The translations under genes were made by a program, and so were the position numbers. The notes under the pieces were generated by a model. The model saw only the letters and a program-made list of their open reading frames with translations, did not search any database and was not told the origin of the DNA. 21,460 bases of DNA from positions 1 to 21,460 of the forward strand of contig JADGIF010000093.1 of assembly GCA_018985225.1 (NCBI GenBank), given 5' to 3'. Below are positions 1 to 9,137 of the stretch, in pieces (the first letter of the stretch is position 1; every line of letters starts with the position of its first letter). The stretch comes from Amoeboradix gromovi X-113. Taxonomy: Eukaryota > Fungi > Sanchytriomycota.

Positions 1-109
1 AACTTGTAATAAACAGTAACAAATAATTTATTGTTTTTAATTTTACGAGATCTTCTGCTGCAAATAATTCCCTAGCTGTTATATTTAATGTGTTATGAAG
101 CTTTCTTGC

Positions 110-1450
110 TCAATGTATCTTATTAGGAGATATTGCAATAGCTTCATGTTTTGCAATCCTTGCACACTCAGTCATGCCAACTCCCATGAAGTCTTGGCTT
201 ATAAACCTAATTTTATTCAGATGTTTTGATTCTAAATCATTTTTTCTCTTCAGAATGTCTGCATATCCATTTATTGGATAGTAAGGAATGCAGTTTTTTT
301 GCAATGTAAATTTACTCAAAAGTGGCTGCCCGGCTTTCCCATGAAGAACAAGGTCATTAACATGGTTGTGTGCCACTTTTTTTGCTTCTAGTTCAGTGTA
401 CTTATTAAACTGGTATCCTCCAAGCATCACTGTAAATTGAGTCGAACTTTCATTACTACGAATTTCCGAGTCAAAGATTATTCCAAGTAAATCTCGCCTT
501 TTACTATTTGTCGCCATTTCCTGTTTTGTATTTAAAATTCCAAATCTTCTTTCATATGCTAGAGTTTTCGGGTAAAAAAGATTCACAACATAGATGCTTT
601 GTGAAGGAGCAACAGGGGCATTTGCACCGAATGTATTTTTATCCAAAGCACAAGTCCAGTACACCTTGTCAAAGGGTTTGTCGTCCAGTAAGATTTTGTT
701 GTTTTTATGTTCAACTTTCTTTACTCTCGTATTCATTTGCCAATCACAACTAATTAAATTCTTACCCAACTCATCGGTCAGGACATTCATTCCATCGTCG
801 AATCCCCATAAAGACGTTTTAGACAACTTTTTCCATAGCAACAACTCTTTTTCTGGTTTAAAAGATTTTAAATTATACAGCCCACGGATTAAATTATCAT
901 TTCCAACCTGCAAAGCATTTGCAATCAAAGGAAAGTGGTATTTTAATGACATTTTAGAGTTATCACTGGCATATATCCCATGGCACAGTGCGCTGGACAA
1001 GTTTGCAAAATTGAGGCCAAAATTTGACAAGAAAAACTGCTCAACAGAGTTACCGCTCTGGTGAGTAGCGGTAAATATAAATTTTAACAACTCCTTAATA
1101 TATTTAGGAGCTAAGAGTGAAAACAAACTGCTTGGTATTAATTCAACCTTGCCATTTACAATAATTGCTCTATTTTTACCGGCCGGTGAATCTTTGTCTA
1201 GCGTTACAACCCTGTCAATTATGCGTAGATCTGTGCACATCTCAGCGATGTTCCATGATCCCTCACCGCTCGACCTAATAGTTCTAGCAGCTTTCTCGGC
1301 TATCCCAAATTTGGTCTTTTCAGAGTCAATCCACCCACCAATCCTGTTCGATTTTTCTATAAAAGATATAGTGTAACTAGGATTTAGCTTCTTTATGTAA
1401 TACCCGAGAGATAATCCCCTAAATCCTGCACCCACAATGGCAATTTTCAT
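110..1450 (-). CDS. HEM14: Protoporphyrinogen oxidase (HemY/PPOX family flavoprotein), 446 aa
   Basis: N-terminal FAD-binding motif KIAIVGAGFRGLS...FIEKSNRIGGWIDS, then EKAARTIR (cf. ExGPRTLR), GIYASD, FGIL, LLGIIFDS, TVMLGG, CIPYY and GVGMTEC, in PPOX order. Confidence 0.92.
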   Translation of the reverse strand: MKIAIVGAGFRGLSLGYYIKKLNPSYTISFIEKSNRIGGWIDSEKTKFGIAEKAARTIRSSGEGSWNIAEMCTDLRIIDRVVTLDKDSPAGKNRAIIVNGKVELIPSSLFSLLAPKYIKELLKFIFTATHQSGNSVEQFFLSNFGLNFANLSSALCHGIYASDNSKMSLKYHFPLIANALQVGNDNLIRGLYNLKSFKPEKELLLWKKLSKTSLWGFDDGMNVLTDELGKNLISCDWQMNTRVKKVEHKNNKILLDDKPFDKVYWTCALDKNTFGANAPVAPSQSIYVVNLFYPKTLAYERRFGILNTKQEMATNSKRRDLLGIIFDSEIRSNESSTQFTVMLGGYQFNKYTELEAKKVAHNHVNDLVLHGKAGQPLLSKFTLQKNCIPYYPINGYADILKRKNDLESKHLNKIRFISQDFMGVGMTECARIAKHEAIAISPNKIH

Positions 1451-1490
1451 ATCTCCGGAGTTTAAGATTTGCGCAAATTATTTTAGATTT

Positions 1491-1976
1491 TCAGTAGAGG
1501 CCAATTTCGAAAATTAACGTCTCTAAAGAAATGCGAATGTACTCGAGCCTGTACCCCTCAAAGCTTGCAAACTATGCTAACAGTATCCTTAGTGCTAAAG
1601 TTGAGACACCTTGCAATACTGTCAGCTTAAACTACGTAAATTTCGTCCTGAATTTTAAAGTCCCCAGCAAATATAAACATGAATTGTCGGGAAATATACT
1701 CGCTTTTAAACACTCAGTTAGATTTGGGGAGCCTGAATTTATTGAAATTGTATCAGCTTACTCGTTTGTTGACATTTTCGGATTTATTTTACGAAGTATT
1801 CGTCTTTTATTAGCGTTCTTTTGTTTAGTCACTGCAGTATTGTATCCTTTTTCAGCTTGGTTCTTTTTTAGTACTTTACTGATTAGTTTAAGCAGAACAG
1901 CCCCAAATTCAAAGTCGCAGTACTTATTTAGCAAGAATTGTTTGCAATTTATTTTTGTTTCATTAACTGGAAAGTC
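1491..1976 (-). pseudogene. Possible decayed coding sequence of unknown origin (162 codons, 3 internal stops)
   Basis: The minus frame reads DFPVNETKINCKQFLLNKYCDFEFGAVLLKLISKVLKKNQAEKGYNTAVTKQKNANKRRILRKINPKMSTNE*... The + ORF 1531-1998 lies in the same shadow register as the antisense ORFs over MLH1 and PPOX. No family recognised. Confidence 0.3.
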
Positions 1977-1999
1977 TCAAAGATGGAATGAACAGTAAA

Positions 2000-4054
2000 T
2001 CAACATCTCTCGAATATTTGATACAATTCTTTTAAATTTGCCAAAATCTGTACTTCTTCCATTTTCAAGTTTGAAGATACAAATTTAAAAGATTTGCTCA
2101 TCTTGCATACCATTAGTAAATCCTCTGCTGCTGTCCCCATGTTGCCAGTATCTACTATATTTAAATACTTCCTGGCCATAACGGCTGCCAGTTCATACAC
2201 GCTATCCAGTTTGTTTAACTCACTCATTAATTCTTCAATATTCTGCTTAGGTCTCATGTATTTGCTTATCAGTGGAATGCTAGTGAGATTGTTGTTGTCA
2301 AACTGAAATCCAATCCTTTTTAAATCCAGTTCTATTTCACTTCCAATGTCTACGTATTTATTAACTATCAACTTGCCACAGTCCATACTGCAAGTTAGCA
2401 GAGCGGAATAAAGTATGTCCAAACAAAGAGACTTGGCTGGGATCATTATTAAATCACATTGATGCTGTAGTAACACAAACGATTTCTCGACTAGCCCAAC
2501 AAAAACATGGTCTTTTAATATGGCAGTTATATGAACGTTGCTAGTGTATGAAATTGAGCTAGGCACGTTATTTTTGCAATCAGCTGTCTGTTCGTCAGCA
2601 GATGCACCAACATCCATGGCGATATCGCTGGCTAAAGGACTAGATGGTGACTTTACCGTATTATATAGAACTGATACATCTGGTTTTTGTGAACTGAATA
2701 CTGAAGGTTCTACTGTCAACTTGTCACTATTTGGAAGCTTGAACTGTTTGTTTCTAGTAGAAGAAGAGATTGAGTTGTTTAATGAAAAGAATGAAGTAAG
2801 TTTTACATCTCTTGATGTGGTTCGTCTCAGCTGGTTGGGTGGAATAATCTTTTGCTTCTTGTTTGAATATTTATCCAGCAAGTCTTTGAAGTCTCTCTTT
2901 CTCAAAACATTATTTGTTTCCTGTTCAATCGGGGCTAAAACAGACTGGCTCAATGTTGTAGCACTATCCAATACTTTTACTTGAAAAGGACGTGACTGGT
3001 CAACAGTTTTTATTTTGTTTTCCAGGATTTCGTTTAATAATTCAACGATTTTGTCTTCACAAGATATAACAACTTCTTTTTTTGACGGATGCACATTTAC
3101 ATCAATTATTTGGGATTTAAGATTTAAACTCAAATAGCAAAACGGATATTTTCCTTTTGGCAAGTAAGTTTCAAAATAACCCAGAATTAATTTTTTAAAA
3201 ACAGAAGAATGAACTAGTCTATTATTGATAAAAAGAATGAATGGCGGTTGAGCACCGTTTATTGATACGTGTGGATGACTAGCTATAAACATAACCGATT
3301 TTAGAAGTTCATTGCTTTCTAGCTTTGGTACAATTAATAAGTCAACTTGTTCATCTTCAAAATGCGAATCTTCAGATTTATATAGAGCAATGAAGTTGTC
3401 GATCTTGGATATGCTCTGAATTCTTTGAAACCTAGAATTAGATATCGAATTATAAATGGGCGCTTTTGAGCGATTAAGCCCTTTTCGCAGAATAAATTTG
3501 ATATCTGGATACTCAATAGAATAACTCTGAACCATTCTTAAGCAAGCATTTATTTCTGATTGAAAAGATCTTAAGCCAGCTTGCCTATTAAGAAGGTTGT
3601 AAAAGAGATCAGAGGCAGAAATAGTTGTTCCAGTGTTCATCGCTTTTGGAGAGTTAGAAGTCAGAACATAGTCTGAATAGCTACACGTATAGCCAATGGA
3701 TTGTGATTTGTGTCTAGTTTGAACTAATAATTTTGAGACGCAACTGATTGCAGATAACGCTTCACCGCGAAAACCAAATGACCCAATAGATAATAAATCC
3801 TCGTACTTTGTAATTTTGGAAGTCGTAAACCGATTGCAAAGTATCTCAAGATCTTCCTTTAAGATACCAGAACCATTATCACTTACAATTATTTTACTAG
3901 AATCTAATGTGATTTCAATTGTGGTGCATTGAGCATCAATACTGTTTTCAACTAGCTCTTTAATCACACCTGTCGCACAAACAATTACTTCGCCAGCAGC
4001 GATTTTCCTTTGGGTATCTGCATCCAGAACTTTAATACGGTTAATGTCCTCCAT
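2000..4054 (-). CDS. MLH1: DNA mismatch repair protein MLH1 (MutL homolog), 684 aa
   Basis: GHKL ATPase motifs IAAGEVI, KELVENSIDA, DNGSGI, RFTTSKI and FGFRGEAL; DVNVHPSKKEV; the diagnostic MLH1 C-terminus LYQIFERC. Confidence 0.97.
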   Translation of the reverse strand: MEDINRIKVLDADTQRKIAAGEVIVCATGVIKELVENSIDAQCTTIEITLDSSKIIVSDNGSGILKEDLEILCNRFTTSKITKYEDLLSIGSFGFRGEALSAISCVSKLLVQTRHKSQSIGYTCSYSDYVLTSNSPKAMNTGTTISASDLFYNLLNRQAGLRSFQSEINACLRMVQSYSIEYPDIKFILRKGLNRSKAPIYNSISNSRFQRIQSISKIDNFIALYKSEDSHFEDEQVDLLIVPKLESNELLKSVMFIASHPHVSINGAQPPFILFINNRLVHSSVFKKLILGYFETYLPKGKYPFCYLSLNLKSQIIDVNVHPSKKEVVISCEDKIVELLNEILENKIKTVDQSRPFQVKVLDSATTLSQSVLAPIEQETNNVLRKRDFKDLLDKYSNKKQKIIPPNQLRRTTSRDVKLTSFFSLNNSISSSTRNKQFKLPNSDKLTVEPSVFSSQKPDVSVLYNTVKSPSSPLASDIAMDVGASADEQTADCKNNVPSSISYTSNVHITAILKDHVFVGLVEKSFVLLQHQCDLIMIPAKSLCLDILYSALLTCSMDCGKLIVNKYVDIGSEIELDLKRIGFQFDNNNLTSIPLISKYMRPKQNIEELMSELNKLDSVYELAAVMARKYLNIVDTGNMGTAAEDLLMVCKMSKSFKFVSSNLKMEEVQILANLKELYQIFERC

Positions 4055-4480
4055 TTGCGTTAGACTTGTTTCAAATTATTTTTGGCCAAAAATTGAGTTA
4101 TCGATTCTAATTAATAAATCGCATGTAGTGTTTGCATGAGTTTTATCACCCCGGTCGTTCCTCTTACTAGAATTTCGAACTAAATAAAACAGGGTATTGA
4201 TTCCTGTAATCTGGAAAATGTTTCCAAATCATCTCAATAAGAATATATTAAGTTTTAAGGCATCACCAAGCGATATGTAACAGACGCTTTTACACTCAGA
4301 ACGGTAGAATGATGGAGCTGTCATCCAAGAAAATCAAGATACATTTGCACCAGAACATTTAATGCAGGTATGAGGAGAAAAATTATTTTCTCAAGCTAGG
4401 TATGTACAGAGCGAGCCGAATATTATGGCTAAAATCGAACTTGAATTATTAGGTCATTGTTTTGAAACTCATTTAACAAG

Positions 4481-5204
4481 ATGAAAATTAAAAATTTTCT
4501 ACTGGGACTCGCTTGCGCAGCGATTGTGTTTATAATAGTGTTTGCAACTCATAAGAAAGAAGTCATTTTCCTATTAACAACATTTAGACAGTGGTTAAGG
4601 GAGCATCCTCTAGGGCCAATATTGGTGTTTCTATTAATAGCTATAACTGCATTCCCCCCAACACCTGGATATTCTACACTGGTCATATTTACTGGGTATG
4701 TATATGGCATGTACGGGTGGTTTTTGGCTTCCAGTGCAGCTGTTTTCGGCGCCTCGACTGTATTTTTAATAACTAGAAAATTTAAAATAGGATTTACAAT
4801 GGATCCCAGATGGATGATCACTGCGAAAGTTATAGAAAAGAAAGGGCTATGGTTTGTATTACTACTGAGATTGGCGCCTAGTCCATTTAATTTATCCAAC
4901 GTGGTCTGTAACTTATTTAACTTATTTAGTCGCAGTAACAAAAGTAAAGTTTTCGACGTTTGTACTAGCTACATCCCTGTCTACGATAAAGCTGTTAATG
5001 CATGTTTACCTAGGATCTTGTATGGTCTCTAGTTTCGAAATGAAATCCGAAGGCTGGCTATTAGGCGTGAGCATATTTTTCTTTTTGCTTGCTGGTGGAG
5101 TTTGTTATAAAGTCGTTCAAAATGAAATATTAATGGAGAGTTCTCGAGGAGAAGAAGAATTATTGGCTGTGCCGGTGCAAGCTAAAGATTCGGAAATTGT
5201 ATAA
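4481..5204 (+). CDS. TVP38: TVP38/TMEM64 (DedA/SNARE-associated Golgi) membrane protein; exons 4481-4907 and 4930-5204, 233 aa
   Basis: Motifs FPPTPGYS...GYVYG, G(A)S..F...R and LLRLAPSPFNLSN. Removing a 22-nt GT-AG intron joins ORFs 4481-5032 and 4998-5204 into ...LSNVVFAVTKVKFSTFVLATSLSTIKLLMHVYLGS..., which matches the family pattern. Confidence 0.88.
4908..4929 (+). other. 22-nt spliceosomal intron (GT-AG)
   Basis: Sequence gtaacttatttaacttatttag, with branch-like TTAAC. Removal corrects the frameshift in TVP38. Confidence 0.85.
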
Positions 5205-5220
5205 ATAAAAACATTTAACT

Positions 5221-5901
5221 TTATTTAAAATCCGGTATGCTTCTAACCGAACCCATAGATGAATGCACTTCTAGTCTATGCTTACTGATTGACCTCTTCA
5301 TAGCAGAAGCGGCCCTGTCAAAGGCAATAGTCTGAAATTGTGATGATTCTTCGATAACCCTTTCTAGAAATCCTTCTACAGTCGGAACATTTGATAAAAC
5401 GCTTTCAGAGCTTAATAAATTTATAGCTACTTCCTCGATATTATGAATAAGTGCGTATTTAGAAAGATTGTTTTTGGTTTTCTCATATATGTCGACTTTA
5501 GTACTAACAATTAGCACAGGAAGCTCTTTAGTGGTACTCTGCTGCGCCTCTGTGTATGATTTGTTGGCGTTTGATATTTTATGAGTTGTTTGAATCAAGG
5601 AGGTATATTGGTTCACTGTGTAATGATTCATATCGCACGCTTCGATTATAACTACGACGCCGTTACATGTGTTAAGTAGTAGCCTTAATGCCTCTTCGCT
5701 TTTCAGCTCTGGAAGCTCCAGCCATTCAACATAAATTTGACGATTTAATTTTTTGCAGAAATACAAACTCAAATTGCAGATACCAGAGTCCTTGCTGCTC
5801 ATTTTCATTATGAATGTACTCTAAATTAGTAGCCGAGATACCTTTCCTGATTTTGAACCGCCCAGTATGGCAATTCTAATCTTATCCGAGCTTCCAATCA
5901 T
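5221..5901 (-). CDS. Divergent Rab-like small GTPase (RABL3-like); exons 5901-5842 and 5820-5221, 219 aa
   Basis: Splicing gives MIGSSDKIRIAILGGSKSGK|STFIMK, an intact P-loop. IYVEWLEL, NGVVVI and LPVLIVSTKVD parallel RABL3 YYIELWDV, NGIIFV and IPLLVIGTKLD. No C-terminal prenylation Cys motif. Confidence 0.75.
5821..5841 (-). other. 21-nt spliceosomal intron (GT-AG) splitting the P-loop between K and S
   Basis: Minus strand reads gtatctcggctactaatttag, with a TACTAAT branch point directly before the acceptor. Unspliced, it ends in an in-frame TAG. Confidence 0.88.
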
Positions 5902-5973
5902 CTAGTTTCAAGGATAAAGGCTAGTTGAATAATCCCCAAAGTAGAGGTCTCAAGACATAAACAATTTAGGCAT

Positions 5974-6744
5974 TTACTTATTGTATTTTTGAAGTTTGGA
6001 AATATGATATGGGCTCATCCATAAGTCTGTGAAAACGTCATTCTCACGCTTCTTTCCGGACTGAACGGTCTTGATCCCCTTAATATACCCTTTTTCTATT
6101 TCTGGAGCCATGGTATCAAAGGGAACAAGATTCAAAGGGTTCGCCACAGTGTCATGGAGCTCAACATATTGCTGAAGTATAAATTGTTCAGGGTGCTCGT
6201 TCTGAGAAATATAATCGGCAATTCCCAGGGACTTGCAAACTTCAGAATCAAGTTTATTGGCTGCGTAAATAATGGATTTCGCTTGTTGCCAGCCAACAAT
6301 TTTGCTCAACTTTTCATAGCCACCCCATCCAGGAATTATGCCAAATTTAGAATGCACAAATTGAATATATGCATCCTTATGTAGAACTCGAAAATCTGTA
6401 GAGCAAGCCATTTCCGCACCGCCCCCTATCGCTAAAGTATTTATAGCCGCATAGCTGATTATGGGTAAATTGTACAATACCTCAAGATACTTGGTCATTC
6501 TTTCATTCATCCAAATTCCACCCTCTTTGGACTTGATAAACTTATCCGTTAGATCGGCTCCAGTGCAGAAATTCTTAGTGCCACTTAAAATAATGACTTT
6601 GATCGACTTTTCATTTTCTGCAATGGTACACAATACTTTTTCGAATTCAGTTATTAGCTCCTTTCCCCAATTGGGTTTTAGCAACTTCAGCTGCACTACG
6701 TTTAAATTATCAAGATATCTGGAAAGTTTGAAAAATTTAAACAT
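5974..6744 (-). CDS. ECHDC1: Crotonase-fold protein, most like ethylmalonyl-CoA decarboxylase ECHDC1, 256 aa
   Basis: FCTGADL, AIGGGAEMACSTDFR and FVHSKFGIIPGWGG; FVH..G..PGWGG is characteristic of ECHDC1. Confidence 0.75.
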   Translation of the reverse strand: MFKFFKLSRYLDNLNVVQLKLLKPNWGKELITEFEKVLCTIAENEKSIKVIILSGTKNFCTGADLTDKFIKSKEGGIWMNERMTKYLEVLYNLPIISYAAINTLAIGGGAEMACSTDFRVLHKDAYIQFVHSKFGIIPGWGGYEKLSKIVGWQQAKSIIYAANKLDSEVCKSLGIADYISQNEHPEQFILQQYVELHDTVANPLNLVPFDTMAPEIEKGYIKGIKTVQSGKKRENDVFTDLWMSPYHISKLQKYNK

Positions 6745-7446
6745 ATTTGAAAGCTGGCGGGTTTAAAAGGAGATGACAAAAAGAAAAAGGGATATCGTCT
6801 TGGTAGTTTAAAACATTACCAAAAAGGGGACCAATACTACAGTGTACAAGTCATCACCCATAAAATCATCATTAACATCAGCTTACTGAAACGCATCGAT
6901 CAACAATCACTAAATTGGATTCAGATATAAATCAGTTTACAATTTTGTTACTGTAAATGCTACACCAAAACCGTTTGCTATGTTGATATCAAAAGGGGTT
7001 CTAAGATACTTGCGACTGACCTAGACTTTCCAGAAGAAACAAAGACTGTTCAGAGTAAACCAACTGAGTTGAAATCATGGGACACTCTCTGTAGAAACTA
7101 GACTACACAGTTTGTATCGAAATTTCAAAAATAAATATTCTATACTGCTATTGAATTTTGCAAAATAAATCAATTATCCAGAATTCGTGTGTATTTTTAT
7201 ATATTTGCATGACTTTTCCACATTTTTTTAATACCGTAATTACTCGATACTCTTCCTTTTCGCAAATAGTAAATGGAATCAATGATTTAATCCTGAATAT
7301 GTCAAATCTTAAGAAATAATTAATAGTTACAGTATACATTCATCAACACGGAGGAACTGGTCCAAAGACTTAATAATTAGATGTCGCCGGGAAAGAGATC
7401 AACGATAAAAATGTACCTTTAAACCATTTATCTTAATAATTCGTAT

Positions 7447-8459
7447 GTGACTAGGCAAGGCCATCGTTTGTTGGTCTTACCACTTGAGCAACAATAGAGA
7501 ACACATAAATTTTACTTCCATTGAAACTGATGGGTATTCGTGGCATGCAAGGTATTTTAATAAAGTGAAATGTAAGTACAGAAGAGTGAAGCGAAAGAAA
7601 AGGAATCTTCTTAACTTATATCATAGTAAATTCCAGAGAGTAACAAACGCGCAAGAATTCAGTAGAGCTTGCCTTGAAAAGAGGATTTTAGATATCAATA
7701 AACCGTTCTTAAGAAGTTTAGCTAGGCTCGGCAATGACGTATTAACTAAACTACGAAGTCTCGACTGTGCATTTATAGATCCCTGAAAGAAAGAAGTTTA
7801 CAATACAGATAAAAATTTCCTTTCACCAAGACAATACAAACATTTGATGTTCACGAACCAGCACCAAAAGGAGCTCAAATACATGAAAGGGAAACTCCAA
7901 ATAAATATAATCCAAGACGAAGCGTCGAAATCAAGGACATTTAGCGAGTGCCTCAACGCCATAACGCCACACGTACGAAAGCTAATCTGGTTTTATAGCC
8001 AAAAACCACTGAGGCAATGGCGCTTCATATTATGGGGACTCAAGCAGAAAATTGTGTATGTAATATACAAGGAACTGGTCACAAGGCAGAATACATGGAG
8101 TAATTTCTAGTTGAGTGATAAGAAACGAAAGAAATAGAAGATCATAAATGGACCATTGAAGTGCGCTATCTTATAGGAAAACGGCAGCAAGGCGCATGTA
8201 CGTAGAATGATCCTTTACCCAATCGGTTGCTCTTGCATCAGTTCTCGATATGGGACAAGTTCTTATTATTCATGAAGGGTATACTTCAAAGCAACGCTAT
8301 AAATGTAAACAAGATGTCAATGGAAAGGAGTATAGAAAGCGAAAGAGAATCAGGACCTGCGAAAAATGCTCCACAGTGATCTATCGCGACGAAAACGCAA
8401 GCTTGAATATCAGAGATGTATTTATTAGCTGCACGTCAGAGTATAACAAGTCAAGCTAG
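7447..8459 (+). pseudogene. Fanzor1 (eukaryotic TnpB-like RNA-guided RuvC nuclease) pseudogene
   Basis: Motifs occur in Fanzor1 order across stops and frameshifts: LLVLPL..HINF; SIETDGYS (7517-7540); RuvC-I FIDP* (Asp 7778-7780, TGA where Gly is expected); same-frame QWRFILWGLKQK; AIL*ENG; DPLPNRLLL; RuvC-II IHEGYTSK (Glu 8274-8276); zinc finger (R)YKC...CEKC; RuvC-III YRDENASLNI (Asp 8388-8390). Confidence 0.88.
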
Positions 8460-8515
8460 CAGCTTCGTCCTTCACTGGATGATACCAACATCAAACGAGA
8501 GAGGTCTCAAGGATA
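8460..8515 (+). ncRNA. Candidate remnant of the Fanzor omegaRNA scaffold
   Basis: Lies directly 3' of the Fanzor ORF, where omegaRNAs are encoded. Short pairings are possible (TCGT/ACGA enclosing GATG-ataccaa-CATC; GAGA-gg-TCTC). The evidence is positional and weak. Confidence 0.25.
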
Positions 8516-9070
8516 GCTTAAGCAATGATTGTTTTAAATATGATTTAATTTGTTAATGGCAGAGTTTGAAGGTAATCAGAAATGAATAACATCTCTAGTT
8601 TTCTTAGTTTGTTTGTATCTGCATGTTCTTCCAGATCTTTGTTCGCCATACATTTCTGCAAAATCAAAAAGGCTTCCTTTGGATACAAACATTTTCTTGA
8701 CTAGTCAAAGTGCAACTAAACACTTTGCCTTTGTTGGCATGATATCTAGACTTGAAATGGTCCAGATCATTTATGATAATCTGAAATCACAAGCTGTAAG
8801 AATACCCTTGATGAATATATCACCTACTTGTTTTGTAGGAATTTATCTGAGAACGAAGCTAAAAGATCTTGTGAGATAAGTTGTATACATTTGAGAGAAC
8901 AACATGAAAATTCTCTACATTTTGTTAGCCATCTTGATTTATCAAAAGATAGCATGTTGCTCTTCCACCTCATAATCATGTAATGCGTGAGATGTAGAGC
9001 TTAGAGTAGCAAATGATTGTGAATGCGTGAGTTTTGATTCTTGAGAATGAAAAGGATTTGTAATTGACAT
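8515..9070 (-). pseudogene. N-terminal remnant of a Sola-like DNA transposase; catalytic DDD core not seen
   Basis: ATG at 9070 lies 39 bp inside the right end. Frameshifted fragments: CREFSCCSLKCIQLISQDLLASFSDKF (8955-8824 frame), GDIFIKGIL, SRYHANKGK (HANKGK 8741-8724; cf. HGNxG) and FDFAEMYGEQRSGR...DVIHF*LPS...NHI*NNHC (FAEMYGEQRSGR 8662-8627; cf. FAxxxGxxxPGR...LP). This motif order is recalled from Sola-type transposases. Confidence 0.55.
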
Positions 9071-9137
9071 GGTGTAGGAGAGTTTGTCTAGTTTTTTGTA
9101 ATAATTCCCATGAAGACTTAAAATTTTACAAAATCTG

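Larger units (their letters stand above)
7079..9109. mobile_element. Decayed, internally deleted DNA transposon (Sola2-like) carrying a Fanzor1 gene and a convergent transposase remnant
   Basis: The left end (tcat)GGGACACTCTCTGTAGAAACTAGAC (7079-7103) and the right end read on the - strand (tcat)GGGAATTATTACAAAAAACTAGAC (9109-9086) are imperfect inverted repeats. The left end matches the repeat at 21391-21418 at 22/28 nt. The ends enclose Fanzor (+) and transposase-like (-) fragments. No clear 4-bp target-site duplication. Confidence 0.6.

Noticed and set aside
508-3516. ORFs 508-753, 594-1064, 1149-1376, 2094-2306, 2538-2984 and 3334-3516
   Set aside because: They are antisense or alternate-frame shadows inside PPOX and MLH1 with no recognisable motifs.
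6770-7075. MTKRKRDIVLVV* and neighbouring short frames as a Fanzor N-terminus with a nuclear localisation signal
   Set aside because: They lie outside the inferred left end (7079), are interrupted by stops and have no diagnostic motif.
5943-8511. 12-bp match AGAGGTCTCAAG at 5943-5954 and 8500-8511, considered as a Fanzor guide/target pair
   Set aside because: Several 12-mer matches are expected by chance in 21 kb, and the match does not extend.
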